A stretch of DNA of 64,000 bases. Origin: Mayamaea pseudoterrestris (taxonomy: Eukaryota). How positions within the stretch are numbered: position 1 is the stretch's first letter; every line of letters begins with the position of its first letter. Below, one piece after another: positions 36,231 through 48,403 of the stretch. Where the stretch lies: assembly GCA_027923505.1 (NCBI GenBank), contig BROI01000001.1:744001-808000 (forward strand), given 5' to 3'. A model generated the notes under the pieces. That model was given only the letters and a program-made list of their open reading frames with translations, was not told the origin of the DNA and made no database searches. The translations under genes and the position numbers were made by a program.

Positions 36231-38276
36231 TCACGGCCTGTGTAAGAGCAATCGATTTGGATCTTTCATAGTGACAGCTCGTTTCAAGCATAATCCGCCG
36301 CCAATCGCCAAAACCAGCAAACTCGAGCCACCTATATGAGCGTATAACAACCCTGGGAGCAAGATGCCATAAACAAACAACGGCGCGCAGAGGTAAGCAC
36401 GGAAAATGTCATCCACGGCGTACTGCTTCATGGTCCCAATGAACAAGACGCGCATGCATCGTACACCGTCGTCAGTTTCCTGAAAATGCGAGTATTCGTT
36501 TACGAAGGACGCGATCAGCTCATACAGAAGAAACCAAAACAGCATGCTTTGGAGCGTTCGTGCCCGCCATGCGGCAATCTCGAACCAGTAAGTGGCAACG
36601 TGGGTAAGCGCAATGAAGTGCGAGTGCATTGGGTGCACGAGGACAAAAACCTTGTAGCTGTGGACAATGGTTGTCCACATTGAGTCTGGCGAAAATAATC
36701 CGTCGTTATGCGTGCTCTGCCACTTGTATACTGCGACCAAACAGAGGTACCCAAACACACTCCAAAGTTGATTGCATTCCTTGTTTCCAACAGACAAGTA
36801 TTTGAGCAGGAGTAACACAATGAAAAGACCAGTCGCCCACGGCCAGTCGACTCGGGCCATGACATTGCGCCAATGCGGCTCTCGGTATTGGCCGATTGCC
36901 TGTTTGACGGGTGCACTTGCATTGCGGTCGGTGGCAATGCATTGCAGAGGATGCTTGGCAACGTGTCGAGTTTGTGCAATGCATTTCGCCGCGTCGCTTG
37001 TCGCCAAGTCACGGCATAAATCAGTCGGGGAAGCATGTGCTCTTTGTCGTGCTTGCCGCCAATCCGCTACATTCCTATCGGCTGACCACCACTGGCCGAC
37101 ACTTGCTGCAAGCTCGACGCACGATCGATCGTTAATGACTGATTCCACAAACTCTGGTGTCGGATTCGTCACATTTTCATGTAAAAATGCGTAAAGCAAG
37201 GCGTCCGCAACCACTGGTTCCATCTCCACTCCACAAGAAGTGCTTGTAAATGTGACTTCTGAAAAATATACTGTTTCGTCAAAATCAGACGCATACACAT
37301 CAAGTCGAATCACTCCTGGAATGTGGCGACCGAGTTCAGCAACGCTTTGCAGCATATTACTCCATGACTTTGGCGGTTGCTTTGGTGGATTTAAACACGG
37401 CAGCAAACCTTGCGCCATTTGGAGAGGTTGAAAGCGAGTCGAGTAGTAGGATCCATATTCTCCGCACCGAAGGCAGACAAACAAGACTTGCCCATTGACC
37501 ATCCACCAGTGCCACTCCTGGAGCGAGTCGAGTGGCAAATGTTTCTCCAGTATAATTCGTTTCGGAATGTATTCATACTGCGTTTGTCGTCCCTTGGTTT
37601 TGGCTTCATACTGCTTGTTGGAGTGCATGTGATGCACACTGTAGCGCATGTTTTTGAGCATGATTGCGTAGGCGGCTGGAAGCTGAGCGTTTGTCGCCGG
37701 GTGACGGCACTTTTTGAAGCAAGAGTAGCGAGACCCATTCACGACGCGAGCAACTGCTCCCGATGTGTGTGCCGGCTTGATGATGTAGTTGCTTGGAAGA
37801 TGCTTGGCGTGTTCCTGCAGATCGGCGTCCTCGAGCTGTCTCAAGGTTGTCGCGTTGAACAGTGCAAGGGTTCTAGGGATTCTTATGCCAGATATATTCA
37901 AAGCTCGAAGCAACGTCTTGGTTTGTACCTTATCGGCCCATGGAGCGTGTAGCTTGCCCCAGGTGCTGTTGTATAGATACTTTGAGCGACATTCCTCAGT
38001 GTACGTTCTGTTGCCCGGAATCATGAGTTGTCCTCGAAGCTCCTGGAAGTCATTGCTAGTATCCATACCATGAATAAGTGTTGGTCCATTTACCTCTCGT
38101 AGATTGTTCATACGTTCTTGCGAAATAACGCTCTGGCGTCGACTGCTGCGAAAGACGGTCCACGTAACCGATAACCACGTGACGGCTAAAAGCAATAGCA
38201 TGCTCAAGGAAACCCATAATTTTCTATGCCTGGCGAGCAGGCGGCGTTGGCGAGCATATCTTGATCGAATCGTCAT
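36231..38276 (-). CDS. TupA-like ATP-grasp protein with N-terminal anchor and C-terminal multi-TM domain
   Basis: WADKVQTK, YIIKPAHTSG, IPKRIILEKHL, IRLDVY, YFSEVTFT. One N-terminal TM and about 5-6 hydrophobic segments at the C-terminus. Confidence 0.7.
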   Translation of the reverse strand: MTIRSRYARQRRLLARHRKLWVSLSMLLLLAVTWLSVTWTVFRSSRRQSVISQERMNNLREVNGPTLIHGMDTSNDFQELRGQLMIPGNRTYTEECRSKYLYNSTWGKLHAPWADKVQTKTLLRALNISGIRIPRTLALFNATTLRQLEDADLQEHAKHLPSNYIIKPAHTSGAVARVVNGSRYSCFKKCRHPATNAQLPAAYAIMLKNMRYSVHHMHSNKQYEAKTKGRQTQYEYIPKRIILEKHLPLDSLQEWHWWMVNGQVLFVCLRCGEYGSYYSTRFQPLQMAQGLLPCLNPPKQPPKSWSNMLQSVAELGRHIPGVIRLDVYASDFDETVYFSEVTFTSTSCGVEMEPVVADALLYAFLHENVTNPTPEFVESVINDRSCVELAASVGQWWSADRNVADWRQARQRAHASPTDLCRDLATSDAAKCIAQTRHVAKHPLQCIATDRNASAPVKQAIGQYREPHWRNVMARVDWPWATGLFIVLLLLKYLSVGNKECNQLWSVFGYLCLVAVYKWQSTHNDGLFSPDSMWTTIVHSYKVFVLVHPMHSHFIALTHVATYWFEIAAWRARTLQSMLFWFLLYELIASFVNEYSHFQETDDGVRCMRVLFIGTMKQYAVDDIFRAYLCAPLFVYGILLPGLLYAHIGGSSLLVLAIGGGLCLKRAVTMKDPNRLLLHRP

Positions 38277-38603
38277 GGTCGTAAGCTGTTATAATTGTAT
38301 CCTTTGCTCATGCAAATGGAGCGTGTTGCGAGATTGAGCTTGTGAGACGGCAAACGCCTCCTTGACTCTTCCGTTCACAAGTTTACTTGAACGCAAAGCG
38401 AAAGTGAAAATGTCAAAGAAGCTTTTGACTCATTTGCTCGGCCCGGGGGCATATTAAAAGTTTTGGCACGACCCATTATGAAAAGATGTTTGGAGTGAGT
38501 GACTGTTGGTCGACATACTCCCTCTTTCGTCGTACTCACATTTTAGAGCATGTGAAATTTTAGTTTCCATAAAGCTCATACGAGTACCAATCTACTTAAT
38601 ATG

Positions 38604-39641
38604 TTATGCAAGAAGTTCATACAGTTTTTCAATGACATCCCATGCCACAAGGTCAGGATGCCCGCCTTTTCGGCCCGTGCATCGATGCATGTCGGCCGGG
38701 TTGCGACCACCCTTGACAGCCACGTTTAAACACTCGCCCACTCCAGTCGATTCATCCGAGCCGCATTCTTCTCCAAGCGCCATAATGTGTTTGCGAGCGT
38801 CCACAATGCGAATGTTGGTTCGATTCTCCGTGCGCTTCAAGTTTTCGGCCGTCCGACGAGCATTTTCCTTCACGTCTTGCCCATAGGCGGCAAACATTGG
38901 AACGGCGACAATGGGACCAGTGTACACTTGCGACAAGCGCTCAACGGTTGGTGTAGTAAAGCTAGAGTCAAATAGTTCGGGGTGGTCCTTGGAAAAGTTG
39001 GCAAGAGACCTGCCAAAGTTTGATTGAGTTTCAATGGTGTTGATTCTTCCCATAACAACCGCGTCAAACGATGACAATGAACGTCCCAGCATGCGTTCAA
39101 TTGTTTGAGCCCATTGTTCCTTGTGGTATACAAAGGGTGAGTTGGATAACACAACCATAGTGGCATTGTTTTTGTAGCGCCAAGTGCTTGGAGCATTCTT
39201 TGACCCGCCGAACAAGTCCAAATGGTCCTTGCTAGACGCCAGCTGGCTGTAGTACTGGCAGCGCATGGCGCTGTAGGTTTGTCGCGTATGAGAGTTGCCA
39301 AGCACAAAGACTGATACATTTGGTGGCAGCGGATACTGCCGACGGCCCCACGTTGAATCATTCTTGGCATGTGCGTACTCCCAGAGTCGATTGGTAAAGT
39401 TGTCATAGGCCGGTCCGGCACATTTGTATCCCTTGACTTCCTTTGAGGTATTGGAAAAGGATGATTGGCAAAAATGAAGATTATTGTTTGTTTCTTCTGC
39501 TACTGCTGCCGTCGAGTGGAGAGTATCGGTGCTCAAATTGTCGAGCAGAGGCCGGATGAGTGGATAGTTGAAGACTGCGGTCGCCGCTAAAAAAGCGACG
39601 GCAAGAATCAAAACAAAGCAGAGATAGAAAACTCTGTTCAT
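38604..39641 (-). CDS. Type II membrane SGNH/TBL(PC-esterase)-like protein
   Basis: N-terminal TM, VFVLGNSHTRQ, C-terminal DMHRC...GGHPD. Confidence 0.6.
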   Translation of the reverse strand: MNRVFYLCFVLILAVAFLAATAVFNYPLIRPLLDNLSTDTLHSTAAVAEETNNNLHFCQSSFSNTSKEVKGYKCAGPAYDNFTNRLWEYAHAKNDSTWGRRQYPLPPNVSVFVLGNSHTRQTYSAMRCQYYSQLASSKDHLDLFGGSKNAPSTWRYKNNATMVVLSNSPFVYHKEQWAQTIERMLGRSLSSFDAVVMGRINTIETQSNFGRSLANFSKDHPELFDSSFTTPTVERLSQVYTGPIVAVPMFAAYGQDVKENARRTAENLKRTENRTNIRIVDARKHIMALGEECGSDESTGVGECLNVAVKGGRNPADMHRCTGRKGGHPDLVAWDVIEKLYELLA

Positions 39642-40128
39642 TGTAGCTGTTGTAAAGTTGAGCGATTTGTTGATCTATTTCGGTTGGTTAGATGCAAGAA
39701 GGCAATCCGCTTGAATACGAGTCGTCTCAGTCCTAATAGCAGCCTGCTACTCTTCTACTTTTGTTTGATGCTCAGTGTTTTTCTACCATGGAAGTGATCA
39801 AGGTCGCCAATGGGTGTCTTGAAGCGGCTAATGCCGCATTTCGATGGAACTACGAGGCATGTGGGCAAAGTAGGAAGTCAAGGTCCATTTTGGACAGGCG
39901 AAAGGATCCGATCCGTCATCGCGCCGTTTCAAGCGAAATATTGAATACTGAATACTCCAGCGAAGCGTGACGTTTTCGGTCGTGTCAACTTTTCGACTCC
40001 TTTGCCAATCATGCTACGACATGCATTCGCAGCCACCGAATGTCACGCCTCGTTCCATTGCGATGCAAATCTGCACACCACACCCATCGATAACATCTAT
40101 CCAAGCCTTACAATAGTCTTTTTCAAAC

Positions 40129-43082
40129 ATGAAATTCAACTACAAACTAAAACGCCTATGTGGCGCCTACTATGGACATCCGGTGGCACAAAAGTGGAGC
40201 GGCTCCAATCTGTGTTACGATTCAACTGGCAATCTTCTAATTTCATCCGTCAGCAATCGCATTCAAATACTTGATCTCAAGTCGCAAACAACCAAAACTC
40301 TACCTGTGGAAGCACGATCCAATATCTCATGCATTGCACTATCGCCAGATGATTCACTGCTCATGGTGGTCGACGTTCAGAATCACGCCATGCTGATACA
40401 CTTTGCGCGTGGCATTGTGTTGCATCGCATGGCGTTCAAGCAGCGCGTCCGCCGAGTAATTTTTTCACCAAACAACAAGTACATTGCCGTGACGGTTGGA
40501 AAGCAGCTGCAGGTTTGGTGCTCGCTGATGGCTTCGGCTGTCCGCGAGTTTGCGCCGCTCGTGCTGCATCGCACCTACACGGGTCCGTCGGATCAATTGA
40601 CGTGCGTTTCGTGGAGCGCGGATGCCACCGTCTTGGTGGGAGGGAGTCGGGATGGAACGCTGCGAGTCTGGACGCTGCAAACGACCAAAGACTTTCAACC
40701 AGTCACGCTGGCGGGTCACAAGCGACCAGTCGTGGGAGCATTCTTTGGTAGTGGTGATACTTGTGTTCACAGTGTAAGCGAGGACGGCGCCATGGTCACT
40801 TGGGAATACAAGAAGACGAACAAGACCATTGCGGATAACAACGCTGTTAATGACGATCAGGATGAAGAAATGGCAGATGGCGACGATGCAGTCAACTTTT
40901 TCGCAGGCGGAGACCTTTCTAGTTGTCAAAATCAGCGGCATGCATCCGACCTGGACTTGGCGCATACGCTGGTTGGCGCCACATGGAAGGTCAAGGTTCG
41001 ACACTACTTTCACCAGGATCGAGCTACAGTTTCGTCGTGTCACTTCTGCGTCAGTCAACAACTACTTGCAGTAGGATTTTCGACTGGTGTTTTTGGCTTG
41101 TATGAATTACCCGAATGTTCCAACATTCACACGCTATCCGTCGGAAATGGACAATTTGTCAAGGCCTGCGTCTTAAATAGTATGGGCGAGTGGCTCGCAC
41201 TTGGTTGTCCAGCCTCGCAGCAGCTATTGGTGTGGGAATGGCGGTCGGAAACTTACGTTTTGAAGCAACGCGGACACGCCTATGGCATGCGCTGCATGGC
41301 GTACAGTCCCGATGGAATTGTTGTTTGCACTGGTGGAGAGGATGGCCGCGTCAAGCTTTGGAACGCAACATCAGGCTTTTGCTATGTGACACTTGAAAAG
41401 ACGCACACGGCGGCCGTCACGGGCGTTGTGTTTGCCAATCCAAGCGTTGTACTGTCGGCGAGTTTGGATGGAACAGTGCGAGCGCATGACATGCATCGGT
41501 ATCGGACGTTTCGAACATTGACGACGCCGACACCTGTGCAATTTTTGAATGTTGCAGTGGATCCTAGTGGAGAAATTGTCTTGGCAGGTTCGACGGATCC
41601 CTTTCACATTTACTCGTGGAACCTGCAAACGGGTAAGTTGCTTGATGTTTTCACGGGGCATGCTGGGCCTGTGAGTGCGTTGGCTTTTCAGCCCAACGGA
41701 GGCATGCTATTCAGTGCATCATGGGACGGCACTGTAAAGGTTTGGGACATGTACAAGGACAAGGTTCCCATGGAGAGTCTCCAACACACATCTGACGTCG
41801 TTTGCGTGAGTTGTCGACCGGATGGCAAGGAAATTTGCGCGGGCACAATAGGAGGTCTACTGAGTTTTTGGAATGTGGAGCATTCCAAGCTCAAGTTTGA
41901 GATTGATGGTCGACGAGACATTGCAGGTGGACGCAAAATGAATGATCGCATGACGGCCGACAATAATGCTGCATCGCGCTACTTTACGTCCGTCTGCTAC
42001 TCGGCGGATGGTTCCTGCGTGATCGCCGGAGGTAACTCCAAGTATGTGTGCATCTACGAAGTGTCACAGCAGATCTTGCTTAAGAAGTTTCAGGTCACAT
42101 TCAATCGGAGCCTTGATGGCGTTCTTGACGAGGTAAGGCTTTGCAAGGTGTCGAATTTGCAGTCAAGTATCTATTTCGAACACGATGATGATGAACTTCC
42201 CATAAACGTTTGCAGTATCCGCTGACGGGCACCGTCCCCTGGGGCAAAACAACTTCCTTGGATGTCTGAGTGTTTTCTTTTTCATTTGTCTTTTCACCGG
42301 CACTTTTTTCCTTAGACTAATCCTCGCTTTTCGTCTTTTGTCTTTAGCTTAACTCTAAGAACCTTGTGGATGGTGTGCCTGTGGACGAGGAAGAGGATTC
42401 GGCAGATGAAACGACTTATAATGCGCTTGCCCTCCCCGGGGCTCGTCGCGGCGACGATGGCTCACGAAAGTCACGTGTTGAAGTTCTCACCTCGCAAGTG
42501 GCATTTGCCTCGACCGGCAGGGAATGGGCTGCTGTTTCTGGTGAAGGCCTTCACGTATACTCTTTGGACGATGACATGATCTTTGATCCAATATCGCTGA
42601 CAGAGGACATAACTCCTGCTGCGGTGGAAGTCAAATTGGCAAGCGGCGAATACACGGCTGCCCTGAAGATGGCCATTCACCTCAATGAGTTTGGATTGGT
42701 GAAGCAAGTACTTGAGGATACGCCCTATGACTCCATTCCACACGTAGTTCGATCCCTTCGCGTCGCACTTCCAAATCTTGCACGCTTGATGCAGTTTATC
42801 GCTACAATTGCCAGCGACTCGCCTCACGTTGAATTCTACTTGCAATGGTGCTTGGAAATATTGCAGACGCATGGCATGACCATGGATCGAAATCGTTCCA
42901 TATTCATGCGTTCCTTTCGGGCCATGCACAAGGCTATACAAACGAGGCATGATGAACTAAAGTCAATATTGAACGACAACAAGTACACTTTGGAGTTTGT
43001 TGACGATCATGCCAAGCTCGTTAACGCTCAGCGGGAAGAGGAGGCTGCTCGCGAAGCTACATTACAATTAAGCGAGTCATAA
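40129..43082 (+). CDS. PWP2: Periodic tryptophan protein 2 (Utp1), SSU processome
   Basis: MKFNYKLKRLCGAYY, WD40 repeats, LLVWEWRSETYVLKQRGH, VRAHDMHRYRTFRT, IDGRRDIAGGR. Intron 42133-42347 joins LDE|LNSKNL. C-terminal Utp12-like segment (PHVEFYLQW). Confidence 0.95.
42179..42274 (+). ncRNA. U14: U14 box C/D snoRNA, intronic in PWP2
   Basis: Terminal stem aacac/gtgtt, box C ATGATGA 42185-42191, domain A cgtttgcagt 42207-42216, domain B cttccttggatgt 42253-42265 (antisense to 18S ACAUCCAAGGAAG) directly followed by box D CTGA 42266-42269. Confidence 0.92.
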
Positions 43083-43135
43083 AATTTTCCATGTCCAATT
43101 ACCATATGAAATTACAATGATTGCTATCTATTATA

Positions 43136-44686
43136 TCAATCGTATTCATCGTACTCGTCCTGATCCGCATGCACAATTCCATCATAATCGTCGCTGTCGC
43201 CGCTGTTTGCCTGCTCATTCACTTCACCACCAACAGTATCGCGAATATACTCACCATACATGACTGCCAGGTCATGATCAACGTCAACACTCAGTAAAGC
43301 TTGCTGCGGCGCCGGCAGCAGACTCAGAAAGATACTTGGCGGATGCGTCAGCGCAAAGTACAGCAGCCGGCGCAACCAAACCTTGACGGGCCGCGCCTGC
43401 AAAAAGACTACCGACGGCGCTCCCAGCAACAAAATGGCGCGACTGGTAGGTGATCGACCACCAAAGTAGCCAAAGAATAGAAACAAGCAAATGGTTCGAA
43501 TAGTATCGGCCCAACTCACGTTAAAGTTGCGCTGCATTTTGCGGCGGAGCGTCGTCTTGACGCCGCCTTGGGCTACTTGGCGAATGCGCTGTCCGCGAAC
43601 CTCGCGCTCCTGTAGATTCAGCGTCTTGTGTGCTGGAGGAGTTGTTTCCGCCAAGAGTTCTTGATGCGATGCAGATTGGAATAGTTTGGTTTCCATGTCT
43701 TGACGTAACCGCGCAGCGCGTTCCTTGACGAGAAGCGTTGGCGACACTGGCGTTGAAGAATGCGTTGACCTACTAAAGTCTGCTTCATCGTTTTCCTCTT
43801 CACCATCAGCATTAACATTCTCTACTTGCTGCTGCTGCTGTTCCTCCTGCGCCATGAGCATGGCATTTTGGTACATGGCCGCCTCGGTTGCGGCAAACGC
43901 ATCGAGCAACTGACTGGGTGTCAGCTCCTCCAGCTTGGCTTCCGATACAATGGCCGATTTGACGTCAATGGGCGGAATCATGTCCAATACAAGAGTCAGC
44001 TTGCTGGAAGATGCTGCTTCCGGTTCGTCGTCGTCGTCTTCGTCGTCGTCATCATCCATCAGCTCATCCACCAGCAACTCATCCGAAAGTATTTTCGGTC
44101 CCAGTTTCAGTTGCAACATTGACACTGGCGGTCGTCCGGGAAGTTGTTTAGAAAGGGATGCTTTCAAAAAGCCCACGGATCGACTCCGATGTGCCGTGAT
44201 TTCCAGCGAGTGATCCAAGACGGAACATTGCAGCATGGTGGTGACATTGATTGGAACGGGTTCGTTGGATAATGCGGAATGTAGTGGCTTGGAATTGTCT
44301 ATTGTAGTAGATTGATCATCTTTGTTATCATCATTTTCAATATGTTCATCTTCGTCACTGTCGCTTTCGTCTTGTGCAGCGGAAGATTGAGTCGTTGAAG
44401 TTTGCGTGATCACAGTCTCTGCCTCGTCATCGACATCGACATCGTCATCGTCGTCGTCTTCAAGAGCTCCACCCCGGACACGAAAAATGTAAGAAATATC
44501 AATTAAAGTTCTGCTCCGAGGATGAGGACTGCTTTTTGACGATATTGGTCCAAGTCGTATATGCCGCTGAAGAGCAATGGATGATGATGTATGAAAAGAA
44601 ATACGAGTCGAATTCGATGAAGGCAACGCGACGGCGAGCAGTAACATTGCCAGTTTTGCTACTGGCTGAAATTTTCGTCGGCTCAT
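43136..44686 (-). CDS. Hypothetical secretory-pathway protein: signal peptide, RGG, acidic tracts, ubiquitin-like segment, C-terminal TMs
   Basis: 516-aa ORF with a hydrophobic N-terminus, VRGGA, SVGFLKASLSKQLPGRPP (UBL-like) and a hydrophobic C-terminal block. Confidence 0.7.
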   Translation of the reverse strand: MSRRKFQPVAKLAMLLLAVALPSSNSTRISFHTSSSIALQRHIRLGPISSKSSPHPRSRTLIDISYIFRVRGGALEDDDDDDVDVDDEAETVITQTSTTQSSAAQDESDSDEDEHIENDDNKDDQSTTIDNSKPLHSALSNEPVPINVTTMLQCSVLDHSLEITAHRSRSVGFLKASLSKQLPGRPPVSMLQLKLGPKILSDELLVDELMDDDDDEDDDDEPEAASSSKLTLVLDMIPPIDVKSAIVSEAKLEELTPSQLLDAFAATEAAMYQNAMLMAQEEQQQQQVENVNADGEEENDEADFSRSTHSSTPVSPTLLVKERAARLRQDMETKLFQSASHQELLAETTPPAHKTLNLQEREVRGQRIRQVAQGGVKTTLRRKMQRNFNVSWADTIRTICLFLFFGYFGGRSPTSRAILLLGAPSVVFLQARPVKVWLRRLLYFALTHPPSIFLSLLPAPQQALLSVDVDHDLAVMYGEYIRDTVGGEVNEQANSGDSDDYDGIVHADQDEYDEYD

Positions 44687-45287
44687 TCTGATTCTGTATT
44701 CTCTGCTGTATCTATTCTATACTAAGTATCGCTCTTGACGATATCTTGATTTTCTTGTCTTGTCGTCTCTCGCAAAACTCCATTCGTCGTTTCGTCATGG
44801 CGCGTTTCTGCGGCTGCCGGCGCGGCACGTGTAACATCGTACCGGTACTGAACGAGTCGCATGGGTAACCCTAGCCGTAAGTGTCGCACCGCACGATTCG
44901 CGCGCGCAACGCCTTTGGACGACACTCTGCATCCGTTTGTTCCGTCCGAAGCGAGCTCCGATCCTTGACCTATACCTATTGTCGCATCTCCGCTATACTC
45001 TTTGACTATCGTTAACATGAAGTTTGCGTCCGGTAAGCATTGATGCGAGCGAGCGAGAGAAATTTGCCTTCGACACGAGTTGGAATTTTGCAACGGCTGG
45101 ATTTTCCCTCCGTGTCACGCTTGGAATAGAATTTGCAATCATCATGGAGAAGCTCTGGCTGGAACTGTATCGCTCCTTGTAGGTGCTGATGTCCTTTAGA
45201 TAATCAGGAGCTTGCATTCTGACTTGCCCTCGTTTCTTCTTTTTTACTTCAAATTATGTTTCACCATGATGCGCCACTACACACTAC

Positions 45288-46588
45288 ATGCATCGTCACA
45301 CAAACACCTTAGCCACTCTTGCCTTGATTCTTTCGACACTCGCCGCCACAACTGTTTCGGCTGCGACGACGATTCCCTTGCTCAAGGTTCCCGACGAGGA
45401 AATTATTCAGGCGCATCTAAAAAAGCAAGCCGACTATGTCACGAAACTGCTCCACCAACCAGTCTTGCGCGGCGCCGTGAGTGCTCTTGCGGATCAACCG
45501 GAGGCCATTACCATCAAGGACTACGCCAACGCCCAATACTATGGCGTTGTGAGCATTGGAAGTCCTCCGCAGTCATTTTCCGTCATTTTTGATACCGGCA
45601 GCAGCAACTTGTGGGTCCCCAAGGTTGGATGCTCGCACTGCGGCATACCGTTCATTGGTCAGAAGTCAAAGTATGATCACGACTTGTCTAAATCGTATGC
45701 GGAGGATGGAGGCATCTTTGACATTATGTATGGCAGCGGCAGTGTCAATGGATACTTTTCGCAGGATACAGTCACTCTGGCGGAAGACTTGGCCGTCCAG
45801 GGCCAACGATTCGCCGAGGTGCAGGATGCCGGTGGCTTGGGCATGGCCTACTTGCTTGGCAAGTTTGATGGTATCTTGGGAATGGGATTCACAAGCATTA
45901 GCATTGACAATACGCCCACTGTGTTTGAAAATATGATTCAGCAGAATCTGGTCGATCAACCAATGTTTTCCTTTTACCTTGGAGATAACATGCCTGGTGA
46001 GCTAATGCTTGGCGGATATGATCCCAGCAAGTTTACCGGCGAGTTAACGACGGTCAAGTTGCTGAGTGCCACGTACTGGGAGATTGGATTGGATGCCGTC
46101 GTCGCTGGCGATTACAGCGCCGATCCAAACGCCGATGGTTCGCCGTTGACGGCCATTGTTGATACTGGAACGAGTCTCATGGTTGGACCAAAGGATCAGG
46201 TGACCAAGCTCGCCAAGGCGGTGGGAGCGACGGCCAATTTCATGGGACAGTACAGCGTGGACTGCAGCAAGTTGGATAGCATGCCGGATATTGTCTTTTT
46301 TATTGATGGAAACGAGTACACGATTCCAGGAGCTAGTGCCGTCATTCAGGCTCAGGGAACATGCCTATTTGCTTTCATGGGAGTCGACTTTCCAAAGTAA
46401 GTGAAATTGATGAGGAGTTTGATCGTCTTGGGGCGTGCTGTCGTTTTGTCCTCGCTCACTCACGTTCGCTTTCTCTATTTCCGCACAGGCCCGGCCCGCA
46501 GTGGATTCTTGGAGACGTTTTCATGCGCCAGTATTACACGGTCTTTAACTACCTCGACCAGACTGTTCAGTTTGCCAAGGCGGTTTAA
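45288..46588 (+). CDS. Pepsin/cathepsin D-like aspartic protease (A1), 2 exons
   Basis: Signal peptide, IFDTGSSNLWV, YGSGS, FDGILG, IVDTGTS. An intron starting at 46397 is followed by WILGDVF. Confidence 0.95.
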
Positions 46589-46913
46589 ACGGTCCGACTG
46601 CAAGGGAATGAATAAATGAATTGGTAATTGGAGAGCCAAATATGCATACGTACAATAAAGAAAGAAACGGGCATGTGCAAGTGCTTTTCGCTTCTTTTAA
46701 ACATACGACTACTAGTAATAGGCGCGATATGCATGTTACATTATTTAGTTCTATCGATTTTGACGCGAACATGGACGACTATACTGTAGATTTTGCATTG
46801 CGTCTTTTACAAATATTACATCATCCTTTCACTAGCATTATTGTTCAAATCGCTCCGACCATCCACCATTAAACTACATATACTTCCAAAGTCAAACATC
46901 CCCAAATCGCATT

Positions 46914-47942
46914 CTATACATCCGCCGTCGGCACCTTTTGATAGGAAGCGCCATTTGGACCCGTACTCGTCGTCGTTCCACTTTGCTGTCCACTCGATGC
47001 GCTAAAGCGACTCTGCAGAATGTAAAGCATCAACACCAAAATCGTCAACTCACTCCAATACTTGACAACTGTATACGCATCCCAAATCTCATGCGAAAAC
47101 GCCTTTTGCACCGTTCCATGCTTTTGCCAAAAGAGCAGCAACATACTCGCAAAGACCGTCTCCAGCAAGGCCCGCGTCACAAAGAACAAGTTACCCGTCA
47201 CGGTGATCCACACGATGCGTCTCACTTGCGCCTCGGTGCTGACTTGGTTAATGGCGCCAAGCGTTTGCAGCACGGTGCGAAACCGATGCGAAAAAATGGT
47301 AATTTCGCACACGCACACCAGCGACACGACTGCTAAAACGACGGAATGCACCAGTATCATGCCTTCCGTCGAGTAGACGCGCGCCAAGAACAAGGCGCAG
47401 TTGAGCAGTTCAATGATTGCCAGTGCGCCCACCAAAAAGAAGAATGTCGTCATGGGCAAGTTTCGTCGCGCGCCCGGCGTAAAGTACTTTTTCAAAATGT
47501 CGGCCCAGTATACCAAGATGAGTATGAAAATGGAAAAAAGCGTCAGCGATCCCGCCGTGACTACCAGCTCCGACAGCGCCGCTCCAATCCATACGCGCGA
47601 TGGTTTCGTCCAGCTAAAGACGGGCACTGGCGTATAGGATGGCTGCTGCCAAGCGGCAAGTGGCACTAGAAACCAAAGGGCGCGCAGCAATGAGGTTGCC
47701 AATATGAGAGAGTAAAAGGCTGTCACGACGGTAGTTTCGCCGCCGCCGCTGCTGCTACTGGCGCTGCTTGCTGTCGTGGCGCCGCCGGAACGAGGACGAC
47801 CGCTCAAACGCTTGGCGGAGACAATGGCCGTCACCAAGTAGGCGAGGCCAGTGATAATGTCAAAGTAGGTTTCAAATGCAGTTTCGCCTTGGAAAGGAGC
47901 CATGGCGTCTCCGCCGTCGTCGTAATGATGGGATGGAGACAT
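46914..47942 (-). CDS. 7-TM THH1/TOM1/TOM3-like membrane protein
   Basis: About seven hydrophobic segments; LFSIFILILVYWADIL; C-terminal YQKV. Confidence 0.65.
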   Translation of the reverse strand: MSPSHHYDDGGDAMAPFQGETAFETYFDIITGLAYLVTAIVSAKRLSGRPRSGGATTASSASSSSGGGETTVVTAFYSLILATSLLRALWFLVPLAAWQQPSYTPVPVFSWTKPSRVWIGAALSELVVTAGSLTLFSIFILILVYWADILKKYFTPGARRNLPMTTFFFLVGALAIIELLNCALFLARVYSTEGMILVHSVVLAVVSLVCVCEITIFSHRFRTVLQTLGAINQVSTEAQVRRIVWITVTGNLFFVTRALLETVFASMLLLFWQKHGTVQKAFSHEIWDAYTVVKYWSELTILVLMLYILQSRFSASSGQQSGTTTSTGPNGASYQKVPTADV

Positions 47943-48403
47943 GATTGTTACTGCAATTGTATAATAGCTGTCGTCGGGTCGGGTTCGGTGGAGGATGAAT
48001 CCAAAAAATGCTCAAGTGCAACTACTACCGCAGGCGACGAGAACCTTTCCCCTTCAATCCAATCAATCAGCACTTCTGACCAGCCGATCAGTCAGCTGCT
48101 TGGAGCAAGTAGAATCCAAACGCAACGAGATGCAAGGATTTTGATTGTGGCGTTGCCAGCCAGCGCGACGGCGCGGCATCGTCGTCATCGTCGTTGATTG
48201 CGCGGTTCGTGAGGTCGATGATTGCGCGTCGTTCCGGTACTCAACTCGTCGATTACCGCTCCGACTTTTTCGCATCACATCGGTGCCGACGAACCAAGAT
48301 CACTTTCGTTTTCGAAATTATTTGTGAAAAGGAGCTTCGCATATTCCCCCTCCACAAACAGCTGCCACCAAGAGAAGATCTACTGAAAAGCAGTTAGGTA
48401 ACC

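Noticed and set aside
44863..44875. Telomere-like taaccctag
   Set aside because: It is a single short occurrence in a promoter region, not an array.
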